DNA of 64,000 bases from Candidatus Micrarchaeota archaeon. Lineage in GTDB: Archaea; Micrarchaeota; Micrarchaeia; Anstonellales; Anstonellaceae. A program made the position numbers and the translations under genes. The DNA lies in the NCBI GenBank assembly GCA_964392435.1, contig CAYMOY010000001.1:7484-71483 (forward strand), in the 5' to 3' direction. The notes under the pieces were generated by a model, which did no database searches, was not told where the DNA came from, and saw only the letters and a program-made list of their open reading frames with translations. Below, piece after piece: positions 45,558-55,647 of this stretch; within the stretch, counting starts at the first letter, position 1, and each line of letters starts with the position of its first letter.

Positions 45558-46100
45558 ATGGCGGTTGATGTGAAGATAGGGCAATGTATGACAGTGGGTG
45601 TGTTCACTCTTCCAGCGGACAAGACAGTGCGCGATGCCGCGCGCCTGTTGCGCAAAACCAACGTGGGCTCGGTCATAATCACCCAGAAGGGCAAGGCAAA
45701 GGGAATTATCACTGAGCGGGACATAGTCTACAAAGTAATTGCCGTAGGGCGCGACCCGGCGAAAACCAAGCTCAAAAGCGTGATGAGCCGCCCCCTGAAG
45801 GTAATCAAGGCTTCAGACCGGATAGACTCTGCCGCAATGGCGCTAAGAAACAACAAGGTGAAGCGCTTGCCGGTTGTGGACAAGGGCGGCAGGCTGGTTG
45901 GCATAATAACCGAGGGGGACCTGCTTCGCGTCTATCCGGGCATGGTGGATGTGGTTTCCGAAATGCGGGAAATACGTCCTGGCAAGCCCAACGAGTTTTT
46001 CACAGGAGTTTGCGAGAGTTGCGGCTGCTATGCCGAAGACCTCAAGCGCGAGGGAGGCAAGCTCAAGTGCGAAGAGTGCTTAGAGGAAGAAGAAGTCTGA
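45558..46100 (+). CDS. CBS-pair protein with C-terminal Zn ribbon
   Basis: GIITERDI, RLPVVD, GVCESCG...KCEEC. Confidence 0.88.
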   Translation: MAVDVKIGQCMTVGVFTLPADKTVRDAARLLRKTNVGSVIITQKGKAKGIITERDIVYKVIAVGRDPAKTKLKSVMSRPLKVIKASDRIDSAAMALRNNKVKRLPVVDKGGRLVGIITEGDLLRVYPGMVDVVSEMREIRPGKPNEFFTGVCESCGCYAEDLKREGGKLKCEECLEEEEV

Positions 46101-46152
46101 AACTGGATTTTTGCACCTGCCCGCCAAAAGCAATTTCCAGCTAATTTTCTTT

Positions 46153-46908
46153 TCATTGCCTTACTGCCAACAGCGCGGCTATTGCGCATGCTGCCGCCAA
46201 TCCCAAAGCAAGCGCTATGATGGGCAGCCGCCTGTCCTTGCACGAAAATGCGTCTGGCAAAAGTTCGAAGAGGGTGACAAACGCCATCGCGCCTGCTGAA
46301 AAGGCAAGCGCAACCGGGGTGAGCGTGGTGGTGGCTGCTATCAAAAAAAAGCCGACAATTGCCGCGCCTGCCTCGACCGCGCCCGAGAAAACGCCCCAGA
46401 AAACCGACTGTTTTTTGCTGATTCCATAAGCCGCAAGGGGAGCCGAGACAATCAGCCCCTCTGGGAAGTCCTGGACTGCCATTGAAACGGACACCAGCCA
46501 TCCAAGAGGGCTTGAGGCTGCAAACGCAGCGGCTATTGCAAACCCCTCGGGAATATTGTGGAGAGTGATGGTTCCTCCGACAAGCAACGCCTTTTTCCCC
46601 TCCTCCGACATGCCCGGCGCCTTTTTTCCCTTCACAAACGCATGCGCGTGGGGAATCAGCCGCTCCATTGCAAACAGGACAGCTCCCCCGAGCAAAAAGC
46701 TTCCAATCACCCTCCACAATCCCAACAGAGCATAAGCCTGCAACAGCATTTCTCCGGCGGAAAAGAGCATGACTCCGGATGAGAAAGCGATTATCGCAAG
46801 ATGCTCGCGGCGTCCAAGTTTTTTTATCAAAAACAATCCGGCTGCCCCTGCGGCTGTTGCGGCAAACGCCAGCATCGCCCCGAAAAATACATCCGGTATC
46901 TCAAGCAT
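46153..46908 (-). CDS. ZIP/ZupT family metal transporter
   Basis: ITLHNIPEG, QDFPEG, AFSAGAM..V...ELLP. Confidence 0.9.
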   Translation of the reverse strand: MLEIPDVFFGAMLAFAATAAGAAGLFLIKKLGRREHLAIIAFSSGVMLFSAGEMLLQAYALLGLWRVIGSFLLGGAVLFAMERLIPHAHAFVKGKKAPGMSEEGKKALLVGGTITLHNIPEGFAIAAAFAASSPLGWLVSVSMAVQDFPEGLIVSAPLAAYGISKKQSVFWGVFSGAVEAGAAIVGFFLIAATTTLTPVALAFSAGAMAFVTLFELLPDAFSCKDRRLPIIALALGLAAACAIAALLAVRQ

Positions 46909-47008
46909 ATGCGGTTGTATCCAATCGCACCATTCTTATTCCTTGCTTCCATCATCTATCTGCCAATATGGGCCGCTAGGCGGTTTCCAGGCTGGCAAGG
47001 GTTTTTCA

Positions 47009-47395
47009 ATGGCATTTGGCACCTATCGCAAAGGCGCGAGGGCTGAGCGCGAGCTTATACACTATTTCTCCAGCCACGGCTTTGAGGTAATCCGCGCCGC
47101 AGGCTCCGGGGTCAATTCCCTCTCGCCCGACCTTCTTGCCTTCAGGGCTGGCAGGCAATACGCAATAGAGTGCAAGGCATGGGACAAGTCTTCCCTCTCA
47201 TTCGATAAAGAGAGGCTTTCAGGCATGAAAAGGTGGGAGGAAGTGACTGGCATCACCTATCTTATTGGCTGGAGGCAAAACAGGGAGGGGTGGCTCTTCT
47301 TCCCAATCCATATGCTCGAGGAGCAGAATAAGAGCTTCACCATCACGCTTTCCAAGGCAAGGCTGATTGGGCAGAAGATTGAAGAACTGGTCTAG
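47009..47395 (+). CDS. hjc: Holliday junction resolvase
   Basis: YRKGARAEREL, RAAGSG, PDLLA, AIECK. Confidence 0.9.
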   Translation: MAFGTYRKGARAERELIHYFSSHGFEVIRAAGSGVNSLSPDLLAFRAGRQYAIECKAWDKSSLSFDKERLSGMKRWEEVTGITYLIGWRQNREGWLFFPIHMLEEQNKSFTITLSKARLIGQKIEELV

Positions 47396-47408
47396 TGGTA
47401 ATACTCGC

Positions 47409-47468
47409 GGCAAATGATGACAAGTACGACTCCGATTCCAAATGACGATGTGACTTGACTCTGATGCC
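47409..47468 (+). ncRNA. Box C/D guide sRNA
   Basis: GGCA stem, C box ATGATGA, 11-nt guide, D' CCGA, C' ATGACGA, 12-nt guide, D CTGA, TGCC stem. Confidence 0.8.
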
Positions 47469-47471
47469 CAA

Positions 47472-47530
47472 AAAATGATGACATCAGCAACCAAAAGCGC
47501 TGAGGCGCGGCTTGGGGGGCCCCTGAAAAG
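47472..47530 (+). ncRNA. Possible second box C/D sRNA
   Basis: ATGATGA at 47475, CTGA at 47500 and 47523; no clear C' box. Confidence 0.35.
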
Positions 47531-47566
47531 CCCAGGCTAGGCAAATTCATTTCCGGGCAAAAAGCT

Positions 47567-47779
47567 TCAGGCGGGCTGGGAAACAAACCCGATCTTGACC
47601 AGAAGCTCTTCCTTTTCCTTCTTTGAAAGCTTCGGATGTTCCACTATTCCCTGCTTGAAAATGCGGCAGTAATCCTCGTGCTGGGTGGTGCTGCCCTCGT
47701 TCTTCCGATAGCGCTTTGACTGCTCGTCGGCATAGCGGTTCCACGCAGTTATTATTTGCAGTTTTATCTCATCACTCAT
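47567..47779 (-). CDS. Small hypothetical protein
   Basis: 70-aa ORF with GGAG RBS. Confidence 0.5.
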   Translation of the reverse strand: MSDEIKLQIITAWNRYADEQSKRYRKNEGSTTQHEDYCRIFKQGIVEHPKLSKKEKEELLVKIGFVSQPA

Positions 47780-48091
47780 GCTTTCATCTCCTAATCAGAG
47801 CAGATACTTTGGCCTTGAACTAAATTCAGAAGGCGTAGTTTTATCTTATGCTCAAACATGTTTAAATAGCTTGCTACTGCGGCGACTGAGGGCGGTCTGC
47901 GGCAGGAAGGGGGCTGCGGGGCTGCCAAACGCAAGACACTGGCTTGCCTTGGGAGGGGAAAGCGCGCAAGCGGCTGGCTGCAAACGATAAATAGGCTCCG
48001 GTTGCAATCAATGCGCGCGCGGATGAGGAAAACGTGGATTCTAGCAGCCGTGTCTAGCGGCAATGGCTTCAATCTGGAGATCTGACGTGCG

Positions 48092-49246
48092 CTAAGCTTC
48101 TCTGCAGTCTCCAGCCTGCAGTCCAGTTTTTTTCTGCGCGCCAATCAGCTTCATGCTCCAGGCTGCGTACAAGATGAGGGAGAGGGCGCAAGCCAGGAAA
48201 ATCGGGGCAAAACCAAGGCTTTGCACGGCGAAGCCTGAGGCTGCCGAAGCTAAAAACACAGCAACCGTCCCGGGCGCATGCAAAAGCGCGATGTCGGTAG
48301 CCCTTTTCTTGCTCGGCTTTGCCTGCAGGTAAATCATTTCTTCCCAAACCAGCGCAAGGTTGGCGTCTCCCAGGGCCATTATCAGGAAAAAAAGCGGCAC
48401 AAGATGATTGGGGGCAGCAACAATCCCAGCAATGGCAATCGCAAAAATTGCGGCGCCAAAAGTCGCAGCTCTTTGGGTTCCCCAGCCCCGATGCGAAATG
48501 TATTGCAGTGTAAAGCCGAAAATCAGGAAATACGCGGCATAGATGAGCCCTATTTCAAAAGCGGAAAAGCCCGTCATGCTCAGGAAAAGGGGCGCGAGCA
48601 GGTAAAGCATGACCATGTAAAAGGTGCTTCCAACCGCCATTGCTGCAGAGGTTTCGTAGAAAGTTTTGCTCCGGCCTAGCATCGCAAGGTCAGACCACCG
48701 CACTTTTTCCCTTGCCGGGCTGTTTTTCACCCCAAAAGAAAGGTAAAGCGTTATCAGCGCCACTATTATGGCGAGCAGGAACAGCATACTGTAGCCGGCT
48801 AGCGGGGCAAGCAAGGCTACTGATAGGCTGCCAAGGGCGAAATACACCTGCCTTCCGCCCACCATGCTGCCCAGCGTGAAATGCTCATCATGGGGCTTGG
48901 CTGCGATTATGCTGCTTCGGTTGACCGCCCATATGAGCGAGCCTCTCGCCCCGTCGAAAAGCTTGCCGGCTGCAAACCCGAGTGCGGTTGGCGAAAAAAG
49001 GTAGGCTGCCCCCTGCGCGGCATTTGAGGCTGCGCTGAGGCTGTAGCAAATCCTCTCCCCTGCCAAATCCGCCAGCACAGAAGCTGCCATCCTTACTGCA
49101 AGGGCGGCTAGTGGCGCTGCTGCAAAAACCAGGCCAATTAGGGCAAGATCGATTTCCTGCTCCAGCATGGCAAGCGGGACCGCCAAGGTTACAATTCCCC
49201 CTATGAAGGCATCGAAGAAATTAAGCCAGAAAACGCGGCGCACCAT
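48092..49246 (-). CDS. MFS transporter
   Basis: About 12 hydrophobic helices, LADLAGER motif-A-like. Confidence 0.8.
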   Translation of the reverse strand: MVRRVFWLNFFDAFIGGIVTLAVPLAMLEQEIDLALIGLVFAAAPLAALAVRMAASVLADLAGERICYSLSAASNAAQGAAYLFSPTALGFAAGKLFDGARGSLIWAVNRSSIIAAKPHDEHFTLGSMVGGRQVYFALGSLSVALLAPLAGYSMLFLLAIIVALITLYLSFGVKNSPAREKVRWSDLAMLGRSKTFYETSAAMAVGSTFYMVMLYLLAPLFLSMTGFSAFEIGLIYAAYFLIFGFTLQYISHRGWGTQRAATFGAAIFAIAIAGIVAAPNHLVPLFFLIMALGDANLALVWEEMIYLQAKPSKKRATDIALLHAPGTVAVFLASAASGFAVQSLGFAPIFLACALSLILYAAWSMKLIGAQKKTGLQAGDCREA

Positions 49247-49325
49247 TGTTCTGTTTTCTTTAGAGGAGATTAAAAATCCGAGCCAGAAAGCCAGTCAGAT
49301 CCGAATAAGCAATGGGATAATGCCT

Positions 49326-50039
49326 TTAGGGCCTGTAGGCATCCATATCGTCCTGCATGAATTCCACGGCTTCCAGCACTTCTATTGCAAGCTTAACTGT
49401 TTTTATTTCACCGGGACTGAATTTTCCGCTTTTTCTCATCTTTGCGGCCAGCCAATCTTTCCCATCCAAATACTGCTTTGGCGATTCAAGCACCAGCCCC
49501 TGGTCATATATAATCACATTGAGCCTGCCTGCCAGAATCTCATTTGCAATATCGGGCAGCTTCTCCGAGGCTTTGGCGATGATGGAGTATATCTGAAAAG
49601 CAGCCTTTGCGTGCTGGTTGTTTGCCCCTGAGGCGAGGTAAGAGTCCGCTTCCCCGCCGCAGAAGCAATTGCGCAATATTTCCAGGCAATCAAAGATGGT
49701 CTGCAAATCCTTTACAGACGCATTGCCTGCCTTCACATTCTCGATTGCCTTGCCCGCATTCTTAAGCCTCATCGGGTTAAGGCGGTATTCTACCGCCCCC
49801 GGCCAAGCTTTCCTGATGGCCCCAATCAATCCGGCAACATCGATGTTGTCAAGCTCCCCGGTGTTTTTCCTCAATCTGCACACATCATTTATCCTTTCAG
49901 TCAGATTTGCCGGCACAGGCTCGGTGATGCTGCGGTTCAAGAATGCCGTTCCTGGGGCGTTTGTGCGGATTGCCCCGCATCTGCCTGTGGCCTGCAAGAT
50001 AATCGATGAAGCATCAATTGGTTTGGTCTTAATGTTCAA
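49326..50039 (-). CDS. Hypothetical protein
   Basis: 237-aa ORF, GGTGA RBS before TTG. Confidence 0.55.
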   Translation of the reverse strand: MNIKTKPIDASSIILQATGRCGAIRTNAPGTAFLNRSITEPVPANLTERINDVCRLRKNTGELDNIDVAGLIGAIRKAWPGAVEYRLNPMRLKNAGKAIENVKAGNASVKDLQTIFDCLEILRNCFCGGEADSYLASGANNQHAKAAFQIYSIIAKASEKLPDIANEILAGRLNVIIYDQGLVLESPKQYLDGKDWLAAKMRKSGKFSPGEIKTVKLAIEVLEAVEFMQDDMDAYRP

Positions 50040-50186
50040 GCTCTCACCTGGCTCATCTGTGTATGCAAGTGTATTTAAATGTATTTATCTTGGGCTTTGC
50101 CCGGTTGCCGGGCAGCTTCAACACTCTTTGCGCAGCAGCTTCTTGGGTCTCTTTTTTATAACCATCTCCCCTTAACCGATATCAGT

Positions 50187-50260
50187 GGCCACGGTGGTGT
50201 AGCCTGGTAGCACGGGAGACTGTGGATCTCTTAGCCCGAGTTCAAATCTCGGCTGTGGCC
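50187..50260 (+). tRNA. tRNA-His(GTG), intronless, G-1 encoded
   Basis: G-GCCACGG/CTGTGGC-C; GGAGA-CTGTGGA-TCTCT; GTTCAAAT. Confidence 0.93.
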
Positions 50261-50390
50261 TCACTTCGTTCAGCCACAGTCTCGCCGCCTTTCGGCGTCG
50301 ATCGGCTGTGGCCCTCGCAATGCGTTGCTCGTGCCACATCTGTCGCAAACCTAAGGGTTTGCTCCATCGGCTGTGGCCCTTCGCTTCGCC
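50249..50390 (+). repeat. tRNA-His 3'-end echo array
   Basis: TCGGCTGTGGCC at 50249, 50302, 50367 with hairpin spacers. Confidence 0.88.
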
Positions 50391-50432
50391 TTTTTGGCAA
50401 ATCTAATTAAACTTCACCTGGGAAATTGGCGC

Positions 50433-51020
50433 ATGAAGACATCGGTGCTGCTCTTGCTGCTCATCGGAGTGGCCCTAGCCATATCATTTTACGTATTCCT
50501 CAAGCCTGCTTATCCGATGACAGAGGCGGATGCGAAGAGGTTTTTCCTTGAGGACCTGAAGGAAAAATACCCCGCGGCGGACGTGCGGGAAATAATGGAG
50601 ATAATCTCCCTGACTGCGCAGGATGGAACCCCGTACTACCAGCTCAAGGCAAGGGTTACAACCGGCATCTATTCGCCATGCCCTGAGCGCATCCACGTAT
50701 ACTATGATTATCCGCCGAAGAATTTCGTTTCCCAGCCCCCTGAGTACATCACGCGCGGCTGCCAGATATGCATCAACGAACCCAATTGCATAATCGCGTT
50801 TCCTGAAGAGGCTATAATCGCTTCGCACACTTATCCGGGGGCCGAAAAAGTCGCAAATTTCATAAGGAATAACGCGGATGCCGCAGCCGAGCTGCCAGTC
50901 TCTCTGGATAGCTACAATGGCTATTCTGGCGTCTGGAGGGTCAAGTGGAACTCGGCTTCAAGCGGGGGGTCCATCTCGGTGATAGTTCTCAAGTCGCAAA
51001 ACAAGGTGCTGCCCGAATAG
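50433..51020 (+). CDS. Hypothetical membrane-anchored protein
   Basis: N-terminal TM, CPER and Cys cluster. Confidence 0.6.
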   Translation: MKTSVLLLLLIGVALAISFYVFLKPAYPMTEADAKRFFLEDLKEKYPAADVREIMEIISLTAQDGTPYYQLKARVTTGIYSPCPERIHVYYDYPPKNFVSQPPEYITRGCQICINEPNCIIAFPEEAIIASHTYPGAEKVANFIRNNADAAAELPVSLDSYNGYSGVWRVKWNSASSGGSISVIVLKSQNKVLPE

Positions 51021-51036
51021 CGCCCCGCCTTCTTTC

Positions 51037-52857
51037 TCAGCCCTCGTAATAGTAGTACTCGCCAGCCTCCTTTTGTTCGCGGTCAAGCGCAGAATCCGGC
51101 TTGTTTATGCGCGGCCTCCTGGAATCCTTGTCTCGCCTCAAGGTTATACCCACACCGGCAAGGAAACGGTTCATTCCCTCCCGCTTGCCTGATGGAGCCA
51201 AAGCGCGCCCCTGCACCCCGGGCTTGCCCTCAAATATCGCCATGCGCGAGGAAATGGCATCCAGCAGCACCAGGTCATGGTCTATGACAAACGCGCATTT
51301 TTTCGAGTCCACTATCAGATGCTGCAAAAGGGATGCGAATTCCAGCCTCTGCTCAATATCCAAAAATGCGGAAGGCTCGTCGAACAGATAGATGTCGGCT
51401 TCTTTTGAAAGCGAAAGGCCTATTGAAACGCGCTGCAGCTCGCCCCCCGAAAGCGTGGTGAGGCTTTTTTCCATAAGCGTGTTGAGGTTCAGCCTGCGCT
51501 TTGCCTGCTCCGCAACTGCCATGTCAAGAGAGGATGCGGCAGCCCCGCCCAAGGCATCTGAGGATGGGCAAAGGTCGCGTTCCCCGGTGAAAAGCTGGCG
51601 CACTTCGATTCCCTCCTCTGGTTTCACATACTGCGGCTTGTAAGAGACGCGAAGCGCGTTTCCAACCTCTCCGTTGTCTGGCTTTTCAGCCCCGGCAATC
51701 ATCTTTATGAAAAGCGATTTGCCAATCGCGTTTTGCCCAAGCAGGCCGATTATCTCCCCTTCCATTATGCTGCCCTGCTCCGAGGAAAATGAGAATCTGT
51801 CGAATTTCTTCTCAAGCTTGGGGTAGGCAAACTTTGTCTTGTTCGCCTTTATCTGCCCTGCCGATGCGACTGAGAACGTGATTGAATGGTCCCTGAAGCG
51901 CGTGTTTTCCTCCCTCAAAAACCCTTCCAGATACTCGTTTATTCCGCTTCGCGCTGCCTTTACTCCAGAGACTGCGCCGTATGCGTTCTCCTGGCCGTAA
52001 AAGACGTGCACGTAATCCGAGAGATAGTCGAATATCGCAAGGTCGTGCTCGATTACCACCACGCTTTTTTGTTCTGAGAGTTCCTTGAGGGCGCGCGCTG
52101 CAGCCAGCCTCTGCATTATGTCAAGATAAGCTGCCGGCTCGTCGATGTAATAGATATCTGCATCTTTGCAATACGCCACAGCTATCGCCAGGCGCTGCAG
52201 CTCGCCGCCGGACAGGACCGACACGCGCTTTTCCATTATTTCTGATAGGAAAAACGCCTCTTCGGCTTTTTTCGCAGCATGCCTCTCGTCTGATTTTTCC
52301 AAAAGCTGCCTGGCGGTCCCACTGAAAAGCTCAGGTATCCTGTTTATGTTCTGCGGCTTGAGCGCAACACGGAGCTTCTTGTCAAGTATGGTCTTGAAGT
52401 AATTCTGCAAGTCGGGCGAAAGCCGTTTGAGTATCTCCTCCGGCTCCGGCTTTTTTTCAAAATCTGCGAAGTTGGGAGATAGCTGGGCTGCCATCAGCTT
52501 TATCGCAGTGCTTTTGCCTATCCCGTTCTTGCCGATAAGGCCCACCACCCCTTTTTGGGGGAGCGGAAGGCCGTAGAGCCGAAATGAGTTCTCCCCATAT
52601 TGGTAGATGGGGTGGGACATTTCCTGCGCGAGGTTGATGATTGTGATGCAGTCTGCCGGGCATTTTTTTGGGCATATGCCGCAGCCGGTGCAAAGCTGCT
52701 CCGATATGATGGGAAAGCCATCAGCATCCACGATGACCGTGTCGTCTCCCATGCGCACTCCAGGGCAAACTTTCATGCATAGGTAGCCGCATTTCTCCTT
52801 GAGGCACTTGTCCCTTTCAATGACTGCAATGCGGGTCTTCCCGAAATAATTTTCCAT
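51037..52857 (-). CDS. ABCE1/RLI ribosome-recycling ATPase
   Basis: N-terminal Fe-S Cys motifs, two Walker A, two LSGGELQR, GRPRINK-like tail. Confidence 0.95.
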   Translation of the reverse strand: MENYFGKTRIAVIERDKCLKEKCGYLCMKVCPGVRMGDDTVIVDADGFPIISEQLCTGCGICPKKCPADCITIINLAQEMSHPIYQYGENSFRLYGLPLPQKGVVGLIGKNGIGKSTAIKLMAAQLSPNFADFEKKPEPEEILKRLSPDLQNYFKTILDKKLRVALKPQNINRIPELFSGTARQLLEKSDERHAAKKAEEAFFLSEIMEKRVSVLSGGELQRLAIAVAYCKDADIYYIDEPAAYLDIMQRLAAARALKELSEQKSVVVIEHDLAIFDYLSDYVHVFYGQENAYGAVSGVKAARSGINEYLEGFLREENTRFRDHSITFSVASAGQIKANKTKFAYPKLEKKFDRFSFSSEQGSIMEGEIIGLLGQNAIGKSLFIKMIAGAEKPDNGEVGNALRVSYKPQYVKPEEGIEVRQLFTGERDLCPSSDALGGAAASSLDMAVAEQAKRRLNLNTLMEKSLTTLSGGELQRVSIGLSLSKEADIYLFDEPSAFLDIEQRLEFASLLQHLIVDSKKCAFVIDHDLVLLDAISSRMAIFEGKPGVQGRALAPSGKREGMNRFLAGVGITLRRDKDSRRPRINKPDSALDREQKEAGEYYYYEG

Positions 52858-53076
52858 CCCAACCGCGCCTTATTTGCCCTATTCAGTTTAATAGCTTCTT
52901 CCTCTTTTTTTGTTGTAGCAAGTGTAAAGGTAAGTTTATATAGGCTTTGTGGCATAAGCTGGTCAGGCGGGCTATCCGTCGGTGTGGGGGATGGAAGCGA
53001 AACAAACTTCCGAACAAGATAAGTTTTCCAAGAACGGCCGGCCCGCCGCACGCTTCAAAAAGATGGGGTGAATCTC

Positions 53077-54447
53077 ATGGCAGAATTCAAGCAGTTGCAA
53101 ACCACCGGCCAGAGAAACCCCCCAAGGGGCGAGATAAAAGGCTCCCCTGTGATAAGTCAATTCATCAAAATGCACCCCCTGGCAAACCGCCATCTTGCGC
53201 TTAGGGACTGGGGTGAATCCCCCTGGAAAATCGGGCTCATTGTTTCGGAAGCCATTCTTGCCCTTGAGCGGGAGTCTGGGAACGTTCAGAAAAAAGAGCT
53301 GGCAGCAAAAACAATCAAAGATGTGCGGGAAAGAATAAACGGGGCCAAGCAGCTTTACAAGGAAATTTTTGATGAAAATGGCGGTGAAAGCGAAGCCGCC
53401 CTCAAGCTGCTCGACGACATATCGTTCATGGAAAACATGTGCAACATAATCGAGGCGCAGGTAAACGGTCTGGTATCACGGCAGAATAGCTGGAAAGCAA
53501 GAGTCTACGACATCGGGGAGAGATACACCAAGCAAGTCTTGATTTCCACCCCTTGGGAAAACATCCGTAAGAAAAACCCCTGGATAACCATTGCAATGGG
53601 CGCAGGCGTGGGGCTTGCTGCCGCCTGGTTCACCAACGGCTGGAACGCGGCGGTGCAGATGACCCAATATGTCCTGCAGCTGGGGCACCAAAGCACGTTT
53701 ATTCTTGAGAGGATAAAGCCAATTACCGATTTCGCATCCGGGGTGATTTCAACCCTTGGGGCAGGCGCCATTTTTTACAAACTTTCAAAATCAGATGCCT
53801 TGCGAAGGTTCTACACCAAGCACATCAGGGGCAACCAGGCGGCAATAATGAAGCACGCCTCCTGGATTGGGGCTGCCGCAGGCATGGCATCCGGCTTTGC
53901 GCTTTTCGCCTCGGGGCAGCTGGACGGGGCGATACACGCAATGCAGTATTTCTGGAAGACCCTTCATACAGACCCGGCAATCAAGAATTTCATCAATCCG
54001 CTCACAGAATTCTTCTGGAATGTCGGGGGGATGATTTTTTTCGGGTGGGGCGTGAACAAGCTGGACCGGGAGTCCTTCAAGAAGAAAGAGAAGCTTGCAG
54101 ACGAGTGCGAGCAAAAGCAGCTTGCCATAGTTGAGGAGGAAAAGCTGTTCCGCAGGAAGACAATTGCGATAATAAAGCAAAAGGCGATACTTCTTTCTGC
54201 CCTGTATGGATACTGCGCAGAGCTAGACTTGGTGGATCCTGAAATTTCTGCGCTTGCCGAAGCCGGGAATTTTGGGAAAATAAACGAAATCCACAAGGAG
54301 AGGATGCGGGAGATTTTCGGGGATGAAAAGATTCCCGACTATCTTCTGGATGCCGCCAGCCAAGACTCCACATCCACAGACAGCGTTGTTAAAGTGCCGG
54401 AGGCTCCCATCACCAAGGAAATCCGCCCTTCCAAGCCAACCAATTAA
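53077..54447 (+). CDS. Hypothetical multi-pass membrane protein with coiled coils
   Basis: 456-aa ORF, 4 hydrophobic segments. Confidence 0.65.
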   Translation: MAEFKQLQTTGQRNPPRGEIKGSPVISQFIKMHPLANRHLALRDWGESPWKIGLIVSEAILALERESGNVQKKELAAKTIKDVRERINGAKQLYKEIFDENGGESEAALKLLDDISFMENMCNIIEAQVNGLVSRQNSWKARVYDIGERYTKQVLISTPWENIRKKNPWITIAMGAGVGLAAAWFTNGWNAAVQMTQYVLQLGHQSTFILERIKPITDFASGVISTLGAGAIFYKLSKSDALRRFYTKHIRGNQAAIMKHASWIGAAAGMASGFALFASGQLDGAIHAMQYFWKTLHTDPAIKNFINPLTEFFWNVGGMIFFGWGVNKLDRESFKKKEKLADECEQKQLAIVEEEKLFRRKTIAIIKQKAILLSALYGYCAELDLVDPEISALAEAGNFGKINEIHKERMREIFGDEKIPDYLLDAASQDSTSTDSVVKVPEAPITKEIRPSKPTN

Positions 54448-54471
54448 ATCCCATCGCCCCATCTTCTTCAC

Positions 54472-55512
54472 ATGAAGCTTGGCAAGCAGGACCCAAAAGA
54501 GGGCGAAATCAGGCTCACTCCCGAGAACACAGAGGACTTGTGGCACATAGAGCGCATACTCCAGCCTGGCGACAGGGTGCTCTCCAAGTCGTTCCGGCGC
54601 TACAAGGCAACCGAGGGGGACGCGGGCGAGAAAAAGCCGGTCACAATCAAGCTTCTTGTGGAAAAGGTGGAGTTCTCCCGCTTTGCCAACCGGCTGCGCG
54701 TCACAGGCAAAATACTCGAGGGCACGCCGGCTGAATTTGTCCAGCAGGGCTCCTACCATACAGTGGACATAGAGCAGGATTTCCCTGTTTCAATAATCAA
54801 GGACAAATGGATGTCCCATCATCTTTCGCGCATCAAGCAGGCGGTTGCCGAGACGAAACGCCCCAGGCTCGGCATGCTGGTGATGGATGAGAGCAAGGCG
54901 ATTTACGCGACATTGCGCGGCTACGGTGTGGAATACGAGCTTGAACTGGAGAACTGCGCGAGCAAGCGAGACGACAGGTTCGATGAGAAAAAACTTGCGT
55001 TTTTCGGCGAAATCACAAAAAAGCTCCAATCCTCCCAGGTTGGGCGGATTATTGTCGCTGGGCCAGGCTTTGGCGCTGAGAACCTCATGAAGTTCATAAA
55101 GCAGAAATTCCCTGAGCTTGCCAAGAAAATAATAGTGGAGCACTGCACCTACGCAGAGCGCACGGGCATAAACGAGCTTCTCAAGCGCGGAGTTGTCTCA
55201 AAGGTGGCTTCTGAGGAGAGGGCGGGAAACGAGCTTGCGCTCATGGAAGAGTTCTCAACCCGGCTGAGAAAGGATTCTGGCCTGGTTGCCTATGGTCTTG
55301 CGGAGGTGCAAAACGCAGTTGCCGCATCATCCGCCCAAACCATCATGGTGATAGATGAGCTTCTGCGCAACAAAAAGGAAATAGAGGCTGTTGTGGAGGA
55401 GGCGGAAAAGAAAAAAGTAAAGCTGGTCGTCTTCTCGCACGAGTCCGACGGCGGGCGCGAGCTTGAGGGGTACGGCGGCTTTGCCGCGCTTCTCCGGTTC
55501 AGGGTGCGGTGA
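54472..55512 (+). CDS. pelA: Pelota / Dom34
   Basis: EDLWHI, RLRVTG.I, GSYHT, AGPGF, YG, GGFAALLRF. Confidence 0.93.
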   Translation: MKLGKQDPKEGEIRLTPENTEDLWHIERILQPGDRVLSKSFRRYKATEGDAGEKKPVTIKLLVEKVEFSRFANRLRVTGKILEGTPAEFVQQGSYHTVDIEQDFPVSIIKDKWMSHHLSRIKQAVAETKRPRLGMLVMDESKAIYATLRGYGVEYELELENCASKRDDRFDEKKLAFFGEITKKLQSSQVGRIIVAGPGFGAENLMKFIKQKFPELAKKIIVEHCTYAERTGINELLKRGVVSKVASEERAGNELALMEEFSTRLRKDSGLVAYGLAEVQNAVAASSAQTIMVIDELLRNKKEIEAVVEEAEKKKVKLVVFSHESDGGRELEGYGGFAALLRFRVR

Positions 55513-55647
55513 ATTTAAAAAAATAAAAAAAGGAACAGTTTCTTGCTGCGCAGGGCGATGCTCCCCCAGAGGCCAGCAAAGCTTTAGGTCAGGACGCTAT
55601 GTTGGCTTTCCAAAACCTGGCAGACGCACGCATTTTTCGCACATGCC

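Noticed and set aside
47870..48090. Possible ncRNA after TTTAAATA
   Set aside because: No recognisable SRP or C/D consensus and no convincing fold by eye
50249..50390. CRISPR array
   Set aside because: Repeat is only 12 bp and is the tRNA end; spacers are uneven and palindromic; no cas genes in the window
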